Below are positions 8,013-19,400 of a DNA stretch of 64,000 nt, piece by piece. The stretch lies in the NCBI GenBank assembly GCA_963708135.1, contig OY970192.1, forward strand, positions 4,384,001-4,448,000, in the 5' to 3' direction. The position numbers were made by a program, and so were the translations under genes. Numbering within the stretch: the stretch's first letter is position 1; each line of letters opens with the position of its first letter. The DNA comes from an uncultured Gemmatimonadales bacterium. GTDB taxonomy: Bacteria; Gemmatimonadota; Gemmatimonadetes; Longimicrobiales; RSA9. The notes under the pieces were generated by a model that saw only the letters and a list, made by a program, of their open reading frames with translations, was not told the origin of the DNA and did no database searches.

Positions 8013-10322
8013 TCAGCGCGCGGCCACCTCGAAGGTCGCGCCCAGGGTCGCCCGGGAGCTGGCGCCGACGAACACCCGGAACGTGCCGGGCTCGACGACG
8101 CGGCGGAGCGCCCGGTCGCGGAAGGCCAGATCGTCGCCTGTCAGGCTGAAGGCGACGGTCGTGCGCTCCCCCGGCGCGAGGTGGATGCGGCGGAAGCCGC
8201 GCAGCTGCCGGACGGGCCGGCTGACGCTCGCCACCTCGTCGCGGACGTAGAGCTGGACGACCGTCTCGCCGGCGCGGGCGCCGGTGTTGGTCACGTCGAC
8301 CCGGACGGCGAGGGTGTCGCCCGGCCGGATCCGCTCCGCCCCCAGACGCAGCGCGTCGTAGCGGAAGGTGGTGTAGCCGAGGCCGTAGCCGAACGGGAAG
8401 AGCGGCGTCACGGGGACGTCGAGGTACTTCGACGTGTAGCGGTCGGTCGGCGACGCCGGGCGTCCGGTCTCCAGGTGCGCGTAGTAGATCGGCACCTGCC
8501 CGACCGCGCGCGGGAACGTGACCGGCAGGCGGCCCGAGGGCTCCTCGTCGCCGAAGAGCACATCGGCGAGCGCGGAGCCCGCCTCAGTCCCGGGCAGCCA
8601 CGCCTCGAGGAGCGCGGGAGCGCGCGCGGCGAGCACGGGGATCGCCAGCGGGCGGCCGCTCAGGACCACGACCACCGTCGGCGTGCCGGTGGCGAGCACG
8701 GCGCGGACGAGGGCGAGCTGCCGGCCGGGCAGCCCGAGCCGGGCGCGGCTGCCGCCCTCCCCGCTCATGGCCGCCGACTCGCCGACGGCGACCACGGCCG
8801 CGTCCGCCGCGCGCGCCGCGCGTACGGCCTGCGCGATGCCGGCCGTATCCGCCGCCCCCGCGCGGCTCGTGCCCGCTTCCGCGGCGCGCGAAGTCGGGTC
8901 GCCGATGGCGACGCCGCGCGCGTAGAGCACCCGCGTGCGCGGCGCCACCGCGCGGCGGATCCCCGCGAGCAGCGTGACCGCGTCCTCCGGCCGGCCGAGC
9001 GCGTGGACGGGGCCGAGCGGGTCGGCGCTGTCGTCGGCGAGCGGGCCGAGCACGGCGAGGGCGCGCAGGTCCTTCCGCAGCGGCAGCACGCCGCCCTCGT
9101 TCCGGAGCAGCACCATCGACTCCCGCGCCAGGCGGCGGGCCAGCGCGCGGTGGGCGGCGGGGAGCGGGCCGAGCGCTGTGGCGGAGTCGGCGTAGCGGAA
9201 CGGGTCGTCGAGGAGGCCGAGCCGGAGCTTCAGCCGGAGCACCCGGCGCACCGCCTCGTCCACGGCGGACTCGGGCACGCGGCCGGCGCGCGCGAGCGAG
9301 GGGAGCTCGCGCAGGTAGGTGGTGCTGTGGAGGTCCACGTCCACGCCGGCGCGGAGCGCCTCGGCGGCGGCGTCGGCGGGCGAGGCGGCCACGCCGTGGC
9401 TCTGGAGCTCGGAGATGGCGTCGTAGTCGGAGACCACGAGACCGGGGAATCCCCACTCGTCGCGGAGGATCCCGGTGATGAGCGCGCGGTCGGCCGTGGC
9501 GGGCACGCCGTCCAGCGCCGTGAAGGCCGCCATGACGGTGGCCACGCCGGCGTTGCGGGCGGCGTGGAAGGTGGGGAGATAGACGTCGCGGAAGCGGCGC
9601 TCCGAGAGGTCAACGGTGTTGTAGTCGCGCCCGGCCTCGACCGCGCCGTAGCCGGCGAAGTGCTTGGCGGTGGCGGCCATGGTGGTGGGCGCGGCCAGGC
9701 CCGTGCCCTGATAGCCCGTGACGGCGGCGCGCGCCATGGCGGCGCCGAGGAAGGGGTCCTCGCCCGGACTCTCGACGACGCGCCCCCAGCGCGGGTCGCG
9801 GGCGATGTCCAGCATCGGCGCGAAGGTCCAGGTCACGCCGGCGGCCGTGGCCTCGCGCGCCGCGACGCTGTCCGCCCGCCGCACCAGGGCCGTGTCCCAG
9901 GTGGCGGCCATGGCGAGCGGCACGGGGAAGATGGTGCGGAAGCCGTGGATCACATCGCCCATGAAGAGCAGCGGCAGGTGCGGCGGGGAAGCCATCGCGA
10001 GCGCCTGCATCTCGTGGGTGTAGTGGTAGACATCGCGCCCGGGGAGAACGCCGTTGGTGCCGCCAATGCGGCCGGCGCGGACGAGGTCGCGGAGGTCGGC
10101 CCGCCCGCCGGCGATGGTGAGCTGGCCGACCTTCTGCTCGAGCGTGAGGCCGGCAAGGATCGAGTCGATGCGCGCGTCGAGGGGCGACGTGGCGGGAGGC
10201 GCCTGCGACGGCGGCGGCGAGGCGGCCGCGGCGCAGCCTGCCGCCGCGGCGCACAGCGCGGCCACGGCGGCCCGGCGCAGGCCGGTCGGGATCGGATGGG
10301 CTCGCTGGCTCGGGGCGTTCAC
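8013..10322 (-). CDS. bglX: Glycoside hydrolase family 3 beta-glucosidase (BglX-like)
   Basis: DVIHG, RDPRWGR, KHFAGYG, VSDY nucleophile motif, FPFGYGLGY and C-terminal FnIII-like domain. Confidence 0.9.
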   Translation of the reverse strand: MNAPSQRAHPIPTGLRRAAVAALCAAAAGCAAAASPPPSQAPPATSPLDARIDSILAGLTLEQKVGQLTIAGGRADLRDLVRAGRIGGTNGVLPGRDVYHYTHEMQALAMASPPHLPLLFMGDVIHGFRTIFPVPLAMAATWDTALVRRADSVAAREATAAGVTWTFAPMLDIARDPRWGRVVESPGEDPFLGAAMARAAVTGYQGTGLAAPTTMAATAKHFAGYGAVEAGRDYNTVDLSERRFRDVYLPTFHAARNAGVATVMAAFTALDGVPATADRALITGILRDEWGFPGLVVSDYDAISELQSHGVAASPADAAAEALRAGVDVDLHSTTYLRELPSLARAGRVPESAVDEAVRRVLRLKLRLGLLDDPFRYADSATALGPLPAAHRALARRLARESMVLLRNEGGVLPLRKDLRALAVLGPLADDSADPLGPVHALGRPEDAVTLLAGIRRAVAPRTRVLYARGVAIGDPTSRAAEAGTSRAGAADTAGIAQAVRAARAADAAVVAVGESAAMSGEGGSRARLGLPGRQLALVRAVLATGTPTVVVVLSGRPLAIPVLAARAPALLEAWLPGTEAGSALADVLFGDEEPSGRLPVTFPRAVGQVPIYYAHLETGRPASPTDRYTSKYLDVPVTPLFPFGYGLGYTTFRYDALRLGAERIRPGDTLAVRVDVTNTGARAGETVVQLYVRDEVASVSRPVRQLRGFRRIHLAPGERTTVAFSLTGDDLAFRDRALRRVVEPGTFRVFVGASSRATLGATFEVAAR

Positions 10323-10467
10323 GGGGCTCGCGTTGCGCGGATGTCGCGATAGGCGCGGCGGCTCGACCGCCGCGCCGGCGGTGCAACTTGGATGCCCCGC
10401 CCCGTTCGGCGCTACCTGCTCCGCACCGTGGCCCCCGAGCGGGAGGCGAGCCGGCCGGCGGCCGCGG

Positions 10468-10830
10468 TCAACTGCCGTGCATGGCCGCGGCCTCCGGCGC
10501 GATCTTCCGTCCGAGCGACAGCGGGATGCGGTAGACCACGCTGTCGCCGGCGCTCCGGACCCAGTAGCCGGCGCGGGTCGAGTCCAGCGCGAGATCGGCC
10601 AGCTTGTCGCCGCGGGCGCCGCGCACGAGCACCCGGCGCGCCCCGGTCCCGAAGCGGGCCGAGTCGCGCTGCGCCGGCGTAGCGAACGCCACCGCGGAGA
10701 GGTCGGTCAGGCCGCCGAGCAGGCGGGCGACGCCGGCGGAATCGGCCGCGACGCCGGGCGGCATCAAGCGCCAGCCCTTGCCGGAACGCTCCAGCCGATA
10801 GCCTCCGTGGCCGGCGCGAACCTCAATGGA
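10468..10830 (-). pseudogene. 5'-truncated DUF4340-like gene fragment
   Basis: Frame reads SIEVRAGHGGYRLERSGKGWRLMPPGVAADSAGVARLLGGLTDLSA...YWVRSAGDSVVYRI, resembling DUF4340. An in-frame stop lies shortly upstream and there is no good start or RBS. Confidence 0.5.
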
Positions 10831-10979
10831 ACGGCGCCGTCCGCCGGCAATGCGGTATCGTGTCGGGCTTCCTTACTGGGAGGGCGGCCGGGATGTTCCG
10901 CGAGGCGGGAGCTTGCCTCCGATCCCGGTCAGGGAGTAAGGTCGGGGGGTCGGCACGGGCCGGTGAAGGAGGATACCAC

Positions 10980-11822
10980 ATGGGAGGTGCGCGGCGTCAT
11001 GCCGTGGGCGGATCCCCGGCCCTCGGCGCTCTTCTCGTCCTGGCCGCGGCCGGCGGGGGGTGTGCAGGCCGCACGCCTCTGCCGGCACTGCCGCCGCCGG
11101 TCGCGCTGGTCCACGCCCACGCGCACAACGACTACGAGCACGCGCGGCCCCTGCTCGAGGCGCTCGACCACGGGTTCTGCAGCTTCGAGGCGGACGTCTG
11201 GCTCGTGGACGGGCGCGTTCTCGTCGCGCACGACCGCAAGGACGTCGAAGCGGATCGCACGCTCCAGCGCCTCTACCTCGACCCGCTGCGAGCACGCGTC
11301 CAGGCGAACGGCGGGCGCGTCTACCCGGGCGGCCCGGAATGCGACCTCCTCGTGGACGTGAAATCCGACACCGCGGCGACGTACGAGGCGCTGCGCGGGG
11401 TCCTCGAGCCTTACGCCGACATGCTCACGACCGTCCGCGGCGCGAGCGTCACGCACCGCGCGATCCTCGTCATCCTCTCGGGGAACGAGGCGCGCTCGCT
11501 CGTCGCGGACAACCGGGTCCGGTACGTGGCGCTCGATGGGCGCCTCCCGGATCTCCAGTCCGGCGCGCCGCCGGATCTCGTCCCCTGGATCAGCGCCGAC
11601 TGGGAGAAGCTGTTCGCCTGGCGGGGGAGCGGACCCCTTCCGGCGCGGGACGAGGAGGTCCTCGCGCGCATCGTCGCGGAGGCGCACGCGGCCGGACGCC
11701 GGGTTCGCTTCTGGGACGCTCCCGACGATGAGGCTGGCTGGAGGGTGCTCCGGGATGCGCACGTGGACGTCATCAACACCGACCACCTCGCCGGGCTCGA
11801 GCGCTTCCTGAGGGCGAGGTGA
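10980..11822 (+). CDS. PI-PLC/glycerophosphodiester phosphodiesterase-like lipoprotein
   Basis: HAHNDY, FEADVW, LLVDVK, VRFW, INTD motifs; lipobox-like GGC; AGGAGG RBS. Confidence 0.82.
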   Translation: MGGARRHAVGGSPALGALLVLAAAGGGCAGRTPLPALPPPVALVHAHAHNDYEHARPLLEALDHGFCSFEADVWLVDGRVLVAHDRKDVEADRTLQRLYLDPLRARVQANGGRVYPGGPECDLLVDVKSDTAATYEALRGVLEPYADMLTTVRGASVTHRAILVILSGNEARSLVADNRVRYVALDGRLPDLQSGAPPDLVPWISADWEKLFAWRGSGPLPARDEEVLARIVAEAHAAGRRVRFWDAPDDEAGWRVLRDAHVDVINTDHLAGLERFLRAR

Positions 11823-11935
11823 GCGCCGCGCCGCTTGCTCGCCGCCCCCGCGCGGGGGCAGATTCCTGCAGCCCGATTCGCCAACCCCGGCCAACTCCGT
11901 CTCGAGCCGTGCCGGCTCCACCTCCGGGAGGGTCC

Positions 11936-14299
11936 GTGCCCAGCATCCGCCGTCCGCAGCGCTCGCTCGCCCGCGCGCGCCGCTCTCTTCCTGCCGCCGC
12001 GCTCGCCGCGGGCGTCTTCCTGGCGACGGCTCCGCCGCCGCTCGCCGGCCAGAGGCGATCCGCCGGGCCGGCGCCGGCCGGCGACACCGCCGCCCCCGTA
12101 GCGCCGGGCGACACGGCGGCGCTGCACGCGCGGCTCGGCGAGCTGTTCCTGGACGGCACGTTCCGGGAGGCCCGCTTCGGCCCGGCGCGCTGGCTCGGCG
12201 ACGGCTCCGCCTACACCACGCTGGAGCGCTCGCCGGACCTGGACGGCGCGCGCGACATCGTGCGCTACGAGACGGGAACGGGGAAGCGCAGCGTTCTCGT
12301 GCCGGCTACGCGCCTGGTGCCGCCGGGCTCGAAGACGGCGCTCGAGATCGACGACTACGCCTGGAGCCCCGACGGCACGAAGCTGCTGGTGTTCACGAAC
12401 ACGCGCCGGGTCTGGCGGCGCAACACCCGGGGCGATTACTGGGTGCTCGACCTCGGGACCTGGGCGCTCCGCAAGCTGGGCGGCCCGGACGCGCCGGAGT
12501 CCACGCTGATGTTCGCCAAGTTCTCCCCCCGGGGGGACCGGGTGGCCTACGTGCGGCAGGGCGACCTGTATGTGGAGCGACTCGCGGACGGCGCCATCAC
12601 GCGGCTGACCTCGGATGGCTCGAAGACGCTGGTGAACGGCACTTCCGACTGGGTCTACGAGGAGGAGTTCGACCTGCGGGACGGCTTCCGCTGGTCGCCG
12701 GACGGGACGAAGATCGCGTTCTGGCAGTTCGACATGTCCGGCGTCCGGGACTTCCTGCTGATCGACGACACCGACTCGCTCTACTCCTTCACCGTCCCCG
12801 TGCAGTACCCGAAGGCGGGCACCACGAACTCGGCCGTGCGGGTGGGAGTGGTGCCCGCCGCCGGCGGCGCCACGACGTGGCTCGACGTGCCCGGCGAGGC
12901 GCGCGACAACTACCTCCCGTGGATGGAATGGGTGGATGCCGGCACCATCGCGCTGCAGCGGATGAACCGCGCGCAGGACGAGGACCGCGTGATGCTTGCC
13001 AACGCGGCCACGGGGAAGGCGCGGACGGTGCTCACGGAGAGGGACAGCGCGTGGATCGACCTGCCCGAGGACGTGCCGTGGCTGGACGGCGGGAAGGCAT
13101 TCCTGTGGCCGAGCGAGCGCGACGGCTGGCGCCACCTCTACCGCGTCTCCCGCGACGGGCAGAGCGTGAAGCTGCTCACGCCGGGCGAGTACGACGTGGT
13201 CTCGGTGGCGGGAATGGATGCGAAGCGCGGGTGGCTGTACGTGGTCGCGTCGCCTGAGGACGCCGCCCGCCGCTACCTCTACCGCGTGCCGCTGGCGGGC
13301 GGCAGGCCGACCATGGTGACGCCGTCGGACAAGGGCTGGAACAGCTACGACATCTCGCCCGACGGGCGCTGGGCGATCCACGACTTCTCGACCGCCGACA
13401 CCCCACCCTTCATCGACCTGGTCTCGCTGCCGCAGCACCGCACGGTGCGGGTGCTCGAGGACAACGCCGCGCTGCGCGCCAGGATCGCGCGGCTGGTCGA
13501 GCCGCGTCGCGAGTTCTTTCGCGTCACGATCGCCAATGGCGCGACCATTGACGGGTGGATGCTGTTCCCGCGCGACTTCGATCCCTCGAAGCGCTACCCG
13601 ATGCTCTGGTACGTCTACAGCGAGCCGGCGGCGCAGACGGCCGTGGACCGCTGGAGCGGCAGCCAGGGGCTGTGGTTCCGCACGCTCGCGGACCAGGGCT
13701 ATATCGTGGCCACGGCGGACAACCGCGGCACCCCGGCGCCGAAGGGGCGCGCGTGGAGGAAGGCGCTCTACCACAGGATCGGCATTCTGAACAGCGCCGA
13801 GCAGGCCGACGCCGTGCGCACGCTCGAGGCGCGCCGCCCCTACATCGATCCTGCCCGCGTGGGTGTGTGGGGCTGGAGCGGCGGCGGCTCGGAGACGCTG
13901 AACCTCATGTTCCGCTCGCCCGACATCTTCTCGGTCGGCATGAGCGTCGCGCCGGTGCCGGACGAGCGGCTCTACGACACGGTCTACCAGGAGCGCTACA
14001 TGGGGCTGCCGCAGGTGGACTCCGCGGGCTACCGCGAGGGCTCGCCGATCAATCACGCGGAGGGGCTGCGCGGCTCGCTGCTGGTGGTCCACGGCAGCGG
14101 CGACGACAACGTGCACTACCAGGGCACGGAGCGGCTGGTCAACCGGCTGGTCGAGCTCGGCAAGCCATTCCAGCTGATGGTCTACCCGAACCGCACGCAC
14201 TGCATCTGCCAGGGGCGGGGAACGACGCTGCACGTGTACTCTCTTCTGACGCGATATCTGGAGACGCACCTGGCGGCCGGGCCGCGGGCGGGGATGTGA
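11936..14299 (+). CDS. S9B dipeptidyl peptidase IV family peptidase
   Basis: DWVYEEE, YPKAG, GWSGGG catalytic Ser, DDNVH, RTH; GGAGG before GTG 11936. Confidence 0.92.
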   Translation: MPSIRRPQRSLARARRSLPAAALAAGVFLATAPPPLAGQRRSAGPAPAGDTAAPVAPGDTAALHARLGELFLDGTFREARFGPARWLGDGSAYTTLERSPDLDGARDIVRYETGTGKRSVLVPATRLVPPGSKTALEIDDYAWSPDGTKLLVFTNTRRVWRRNTRGDYWVLDLGTWALRKLGGPDAPESTLMFAKFSPRGDRVAYVRQGDLYVERLADGAITRLTSDGSKTLVNGTSDWVYEEEFDLRDGFRWSPDGTKIAFWQFDMSGVRDFLLIDDTDSLYSFTVPVQYPKAGTTNSAVRVGVVPAAGGATTWLDVPGEARDNYLPWMEWVDAGTIALQRMNRAQDEDRVMLANAATGKARTVLTERDSAWIDLPEDVPWLDGGKAFLWPSERDGWRHLYRVSRDGQSVKLLTPGEYDVVSVAGMDAKRGWLYVVASPEDAARRYLYRVPLAGGRPTMVTPSDKGWNSYDISPDGRWAIHDFSTADTPPFIDLVSLPQHRTVRVLEDNAALRARIARLVEPRREFFRVTIANGATIDGWMLFPRDFDPSKRYPMLWYVYSEPAAQTAVDRWSGSQGLWFRTLADQGYIVATADNRGTPAPKGRAWRKALYHRIGILNSAEQADAVRTLEARRPYIDPARVGVWGWSGGGSETLNLMFRSPDIFSVGMSVAPVPDERLYDTVYQERYMGLPQVDSAGYREGSPINHAEGLRGSLLVVHGSGDDNVHYQGTERLVNRLVELGKPFQLMVYPNRTHCICQGRGTTLHVYSLLTRYLETHLAAGPRAGM

Positions 14300-14468
14300 G
14301 GTTGGGGTTGGGTTTTGGTTTTGGTTTTGGTTTGGGTTCTGGTTTTGGTCGTTCGGTCTAGTGGGCGCATTCGCGGACGGCGTGGCCCCGCCGGCCCTGC
14401 ACTCGCCCGATCGCCGAACCCGCCGCCAAACCACAACCAAAACCACAACCAAAACCACAACCAAAACC
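14300..14468. repeat. Inverted pair of hexamer tandem arrays (GGTTTT)n ... (AACCAC-AACCAA)n
   Basis: About 8 GGTTNN units at 14300-14349 and their reverse complement at about 14425-14468, flanking a ~75-bp GC-rich core. Confidence 0.85.
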
Positions 14469-14504
14469 TCTCGCTCTAGAGCCTGAATCCTTGGCAGGGG
14501 CCGC

Positions 14505-16085
14505 ATGGCCCTGGGAGGGCCGTTGTCCACCTCCGTCGAACGCATGCGGGCCCACAAGTGGGTCATCGCGGGGACCGTGCTGACCGGCACCATCATGGCG
14601 GTGCTGGACTCGAGCATCGTCAACGTGGCGCTGCCGGACATGCGCGGCACGCTGGGCGCGACGGTGGAGGAGATCACGTGGGTGGTGACGGGCTACATCC
14701 TGGCCAACGTCATCATCATGCCGATCACGGCGCTGCTCTCGGCCAGGTACGGGCGGAAAAACTTCTACATGGCGAGCGTGGCGGCGTTCACGCTCGCGTC
14801 CATGTTGTGCGGGCTGGCGCGCTCGCTGCCCACCATGACGTTCTTCCGGATCATCCAGGGGATCGGCGGCGGGGTGCTGATCACGGTGTCGCAGGCCATC
14901 CTGCGCGAGACGTTCCCGCTCGAGGAGCAGGGGCTGGCCATGGGGATTTACGGCATGGGCGTGGTGCTCGCGCCCGCATTCGGTCCCACGCTGGGCGGCT
15001 GGATCACCGACAACTACTCCTGGCCGTGGGTCTTCTACATCAACGTGCCGATCGGGGCGCTGAACCTGCTGCTCGTCTCGCGCTACATCGAGGATCCGGA
15101 CTACCTCGTGCGCGAGAAGGGGACGATCGACTGGATCGGCCTCGCGCTCATGACGACCGGGCTCGGCGCGCTGCAGCTCATGCTGGAGAAGGGGGAGGAG
15201 AAGGACTGGTTCACGTCCGGCTTCATCGTCGCGCTGGCCGTGACGGCCGCGCTCGGGCTCGTGCTCTTCGTCTGGAGGGAGCTCGTCATCCGCCGGCCGG
15301 CGGTGGATCTCCGCATCCTGAAGGACACCTCCTTCACCTCGGCCACGGCGATCGGCGGCGTGCTGGGCATGGGGCTCCTGGGCAGTCTGTTCCTGCTGCC
15401 GCTCTTCCTCCAGAACCTGCTCGGCTACAGCGCCATGATGTCGGGCATCGTGCTCATGCCGCGCAGCCTGGCCATGGCCGTGATCATGCCCATCGGCGGC
15501 GCGTTCTACAACCGGCTGGGTCCCAAGCTGCTGGTCGGCGCCGGCCTGGCCGTCAGCGCCTTCTCGTTCTGGCAGCTCTCGCACCTCAGCCTGGATGTGA
15601 GCTTCTGGAGCATCTTCTGGCCGCAGGTCTGGCAGGGCGTCGGCTTCTCGCTCATCTTCGTCGCCCTCTCCACCGCCGCCCTCGCCACCATCCCGCGCGC
15701 CCGCATGACGCAGGCGACCGGGCTCTACAACGTCGTCCGCCAGGTCTTCGGCAGCATCGGCATCGCCATCGCGGCGACGGAGCTCACGCGCGGCATCTCG
15801 CGCTACTCCTTCACGCTCGGCTCCCGCCTCACGCCCTACGACCCACTCACCCGCGCCTGGCTCGCCCGCGTGACCGCCGGCATGATCGCCGCTGGCGCCG
15901 ACCGCTTCACCGCCGCCCGCCGCGCGCTCCAGCTGCTGGCCTACCAGGTCGAGCGCCAGGCGGCCGTGCTCTCCTACAACCACGTCTTCCTGCTCACCAC
16001 CGTGCTCTTCGCCCTGGCCGTGCCGCTCGTGCTGCTGCTGCGCCGGCCCGAAGGGGATGTGGACGTGGAGATCGTGGCGGAGTAG
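14505..16085 (+). CDS. DHA2 family (EmrB/QacA) MFS efflux permease
   Basis: LDSSIVNVALP, WVVTGY, GPTLGGWIT...WPWVFYINVP; about 14 TM helices. Exact start uncertain. Confidence 0.92.
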   Translation: MALGGPLSTSVERMRAHKWVIAGTVLTGTIMAVLDSSIVNVALPDMRGTLGATVEEITWVVTGYILANVIIMPITALLSARYGRKNFYMASVAAFTLASMLCGLARSLPTMTFFRIIQGIGGGVLITVSQAILRETFPLEEQGLAMGIYGMGVVLAPAFGPTLGGWITDNYSWPWVFYINVPIGALNLLLVSRYIEDPDYLVREKGTIDWIGLALMTTGLGALQLMLEKGEEKDWFTSGFIVALAVTAALGLVLFVWRELVIRRPAVDLRILKDTSFTSATAIGGVLGMGLLGSLFLLPLFLQNLLGYSAMMSGIVLMPRSLAMAVIMPIGGAFYNRLGPKLLVGAGLAVSAFSFWQLSHLSLDVSFWSIFWPQVWQGVGFSLIFVALSTAALATIPRARMTQATGLYNVVRQVFGSIGIAIAATELTRGISRYSFTLGSRLTPYDPLTRAWLARVTAGMIAAGADRFTAARRALQLLAYQVERQAAVLSYNHVFLLTTVLFALAVPLVLLLRRPEGDVDVEIVAE

Positions 16086-16434
16086 GGAGCGGCAATTCGG
16101 GTTCCCCTTCTCGCCGCCGTTCGCCCTGTTGATCGGAATTCGAGAAGAAAGGCGCACCGGCCGCCTCTCGGCGACGCTGCGACCGCGATCTTGCTCGATT
16201 TCCGGGATGATTCGGGATCTGGACGGCTTGCCGCCCGCCCGTTGCGCGATCTTGATCGCCCCGCGAGTGGCTTCGCGGCCCGGGAGCCGCCGGCCACGCG
16301 CCCGAGCATCAGCAGCAGAATTGCGTTCATCGGCCGGATTCCATGGGGCCGTCCGGTCCACCGGGCGGCGCCCGGCGCGCGGGCGGGGTAGGCCGGCGGC
16401 GATGAGCCTGTCAAGGCAACACTTTCCAGGCGCG

Positions 16435-19400
16435 CTACGGCGCCCGCTCGAGCAGCTCGCCAATCATCTCCGCGACGCGGACCCGAGCGGCCTCGGCCTC
16501 GGGCGGCGTCGGCTCCTTCTCGACCGCGCTGCCGGTGCGTGAGAAGAGGAAGCTGAAGCGCTCAGGCGGCAGGCCGGTCAGCTCGAGCAGCGCGGCCACG
16601 TAGACATCGCGCTGGAGGGCGTACTTCGCCGCCTCGCGCGCCTCCTGTCCCGGCCGGATCAGGTTCGACTTGTAGTCAACGACGTCGCCCACCGCGCGCT
16701 CGCCCAGGCCGGCGAGGTCCAGCGCGCCGCGCACGAGGACGGGGTGCTCCGCCGCCTCGCCGGCGGGCAGGATCCAGGTGAAGGCGAGCTCGCGCTCGGC
16801 GCGCGCGTCCTCCGCGAGCAGCGGGGCCACGCGCGGGTGGCGGGCCGTCCGCTCGACCATCCCGGCGAGCTCCTCGCGCAGCCGTGCGCGCGCATCCTGC
16901 GCGTCCTCCGGGCCCATGGTCCCGCCCAGCTCGCGGTCGAGGAGCGCCTCGAGGTCGGCCAGGGTGCGCAGCCGCTCCAGGATGCCGTGGAGCATCGTGC
17001 CCACGTCGGCGCCCGCGAGCCCTCCGTCCCGTCCGGTCGCCGCGACGTCCGAACCGAAGCGCGGCGGCAGGCCGAGGTCGTAGGTGCGCCGGTGGTCCCA
17101 GCGGCTGCGGCGGAACGCCATGAGCTCCGTGGCCGAGTGGACCCTGCGGTCCGGCGGCGCGGGCACGGGTGCCATGCGCGCGGCGAGGGCGTCGTCGCCG
17201 GAGGCGGAGTCGAGCTCCTCCGGGTCCGGGGGCTCCGGGGGCTCGGCGGCGGCGGGAGCGGCATCGATCCCGGTCCGGAGCGCGCCGGTCCAGCGGACGC
17301 CGTCCCACGCGTAGCGCAGCTCGCCGCCATCCCGTGCGAGCGCATGGCAGAGCCACTGCGCCGCCTTCTTCGCGTCCGCCTCCACCGAAACGGCGGCTCC
17401 GGCGGGCGCGTCCTTCCACGGCTCGATGGAGAAGGCGCCATCACCGACGCAGAGGATCAGGCGGTCCCGGGCGCGGGTCGCGCCCACGTACCAGATCCGC
17501 TTCTCCTCTATGCGCGAAGCGGCCCGGTCGCGCTCGCGCAGGTGCTCGTACGCGCCGGGCAGGCGCTCGTCCTTGTCCGCGTCGTCGTCCTCGCAGCGGA
17601 TCGCGATGCCGTCCTCGGGATCGAGGAAGAGCCCGGCGTCGCGCCCGCCGCCGCCAGCGATGTCGCTCTCGAGGTCCGCGAGCACCACGACCGGCCACTC
17701 CAGCCCCTTGGCGCCGTGGATCGTGCTGAGCGTGACCACGTTCTCGCCCTCGGTGTGGAGGCCCGCCTCGGCCTCCGTCTCGGCGCCGGCGCGCGCCTCG
17801 AGAAAGTCCACCAGCTCGCGCAGCGACCACGCGGGATGTGCGGCGGCGAGGGCGAGGAGCTTCCGGACGTTGGCGGCTGCGACGTCGCCTCCCTCCTCGA
17901 ACAGCAGCTGCGCCACGTAGCCGGACTCCTCGAGCGCCCGCTCCAGCAGCGCGGCCGGCGGGACCCGATCGCGCAGCGCGCGCAGCCGCTCGAGCCAGCG
18001 CCGTCCCTCCTCCAGCCGCTCGCGCTGCGCGGGCTCCGGTACGTCGGCGTGGAGCCCGCGGCGGAGCGGGCGCCCCCGTTCCGCGGCGAGGCGGACGCGC
18101 AGCAGCGTGGCATCACTCAGGGCGACGAAGGGCGAGCGCAGGATGGCGGCGAGCGCGACATCGTCGGCAGGGTCCGCGAGCCAGGCCATGAGCATGTGCA
18201 GGTCGGCCACCTCGCGGCGGTCGAAGAAGCCGGTGTTGCCGCCCACGCGGTACGGCACGCGGTGCCGGCGCAGCGCGGCCTCGTAGTGGCCGAGCGCCGT
18301 TCGGGTGCGGAACAGGATGGCGAAGCTCTTCCACATGAGACCGCCCCGGGTGAGCTCCAGCATGCGGGCGACAACGCGCTCCGCCTCCTCCGTGCGGCGC
18401 GCGTCCGCGGATCCGCCGGGCACGAGGAGCACCTCGACGAGCCCGGCCTCGCCGTCGTCGCCGCGGTGCGGGCGGAGCGGCGTGTAGGCCACCTCGTGCG
18501 GGTCCGCCTGCGCGCGGGCCTCGTCGCCGATCAGCGGGGCGAACACGGCGTTCACGTAATCGACGATCGGTGCGCGGCTGCGGAAGTTGACGTCCAGGCG
18601 GACGGGCTCGCTGCCCAGCCTCCGGAAGTCCGCGGCGACGCGGTTCCAGAGGCGGACGTCGGCGCGGCGGAAGCGGTAGATGCTCTGCTTCGGATCGCCC
18701 ACGATGCAGAGCCGGGGCGCCTGCGGCAGCTCGGCGGGAAGCCCGCACAGCGCGTAGGCGATGGCCTTCTGCGCCGGATCCGTGTCCTGGAACTCGTCGA
18801 TGAAGAGCCAGCGCAGGCGGGCGCGCAGCGCGGCGAGCACGTCCGCGCGGTCGCGCAGCAGGTCGCGGGCGCGGTAGATGAGGGCATCGAAGTCGAGCGC
18901 GCGCTCGCGGTCGAGCATCGCGTCGAGCCGGTCGCGGGCGCGGCAGGCCAGGCCCGCCGCGGCGGCCGCGAGCTCCGCGGCGGCGTCGTCGTGCCGCCGC
19001 CACGGCGCGCCGCGCGACTCGAGGAGCGACCTCAGCCGCGCCGTCCGGGCGGCGCCATCCAGGCCCTCGCACCACGCGGCGTAGGCATGGCGCGTCGCCT
19101 CGCCGGCGGCGAGCGCGCCCTCGACGAGCGCCGTCGTCGCGCGCAGTCCGAAGCGGGCGAGCAGCGCGCCGACGGCCGCGCCAGCGGGGGGGCCGGACAT
19201 GGAGGCGAAGACCTCCTCCCGCACCGCGTCCCGCCGCAGCAGCGCGGACTCGGCCTCGTCGAGCACGCGGAAGCCGGGATCGAGCCCCGCGCGCAGCCCG
19301 AACTCGCGCAGGACGCTGCCGCAGAAGGCGTGGATGGTGCCGATGCGGGCGCGCTCGACCTGGTGCACGCGACGGCGCCAGATCCGCTCGCCGGTGAGGG

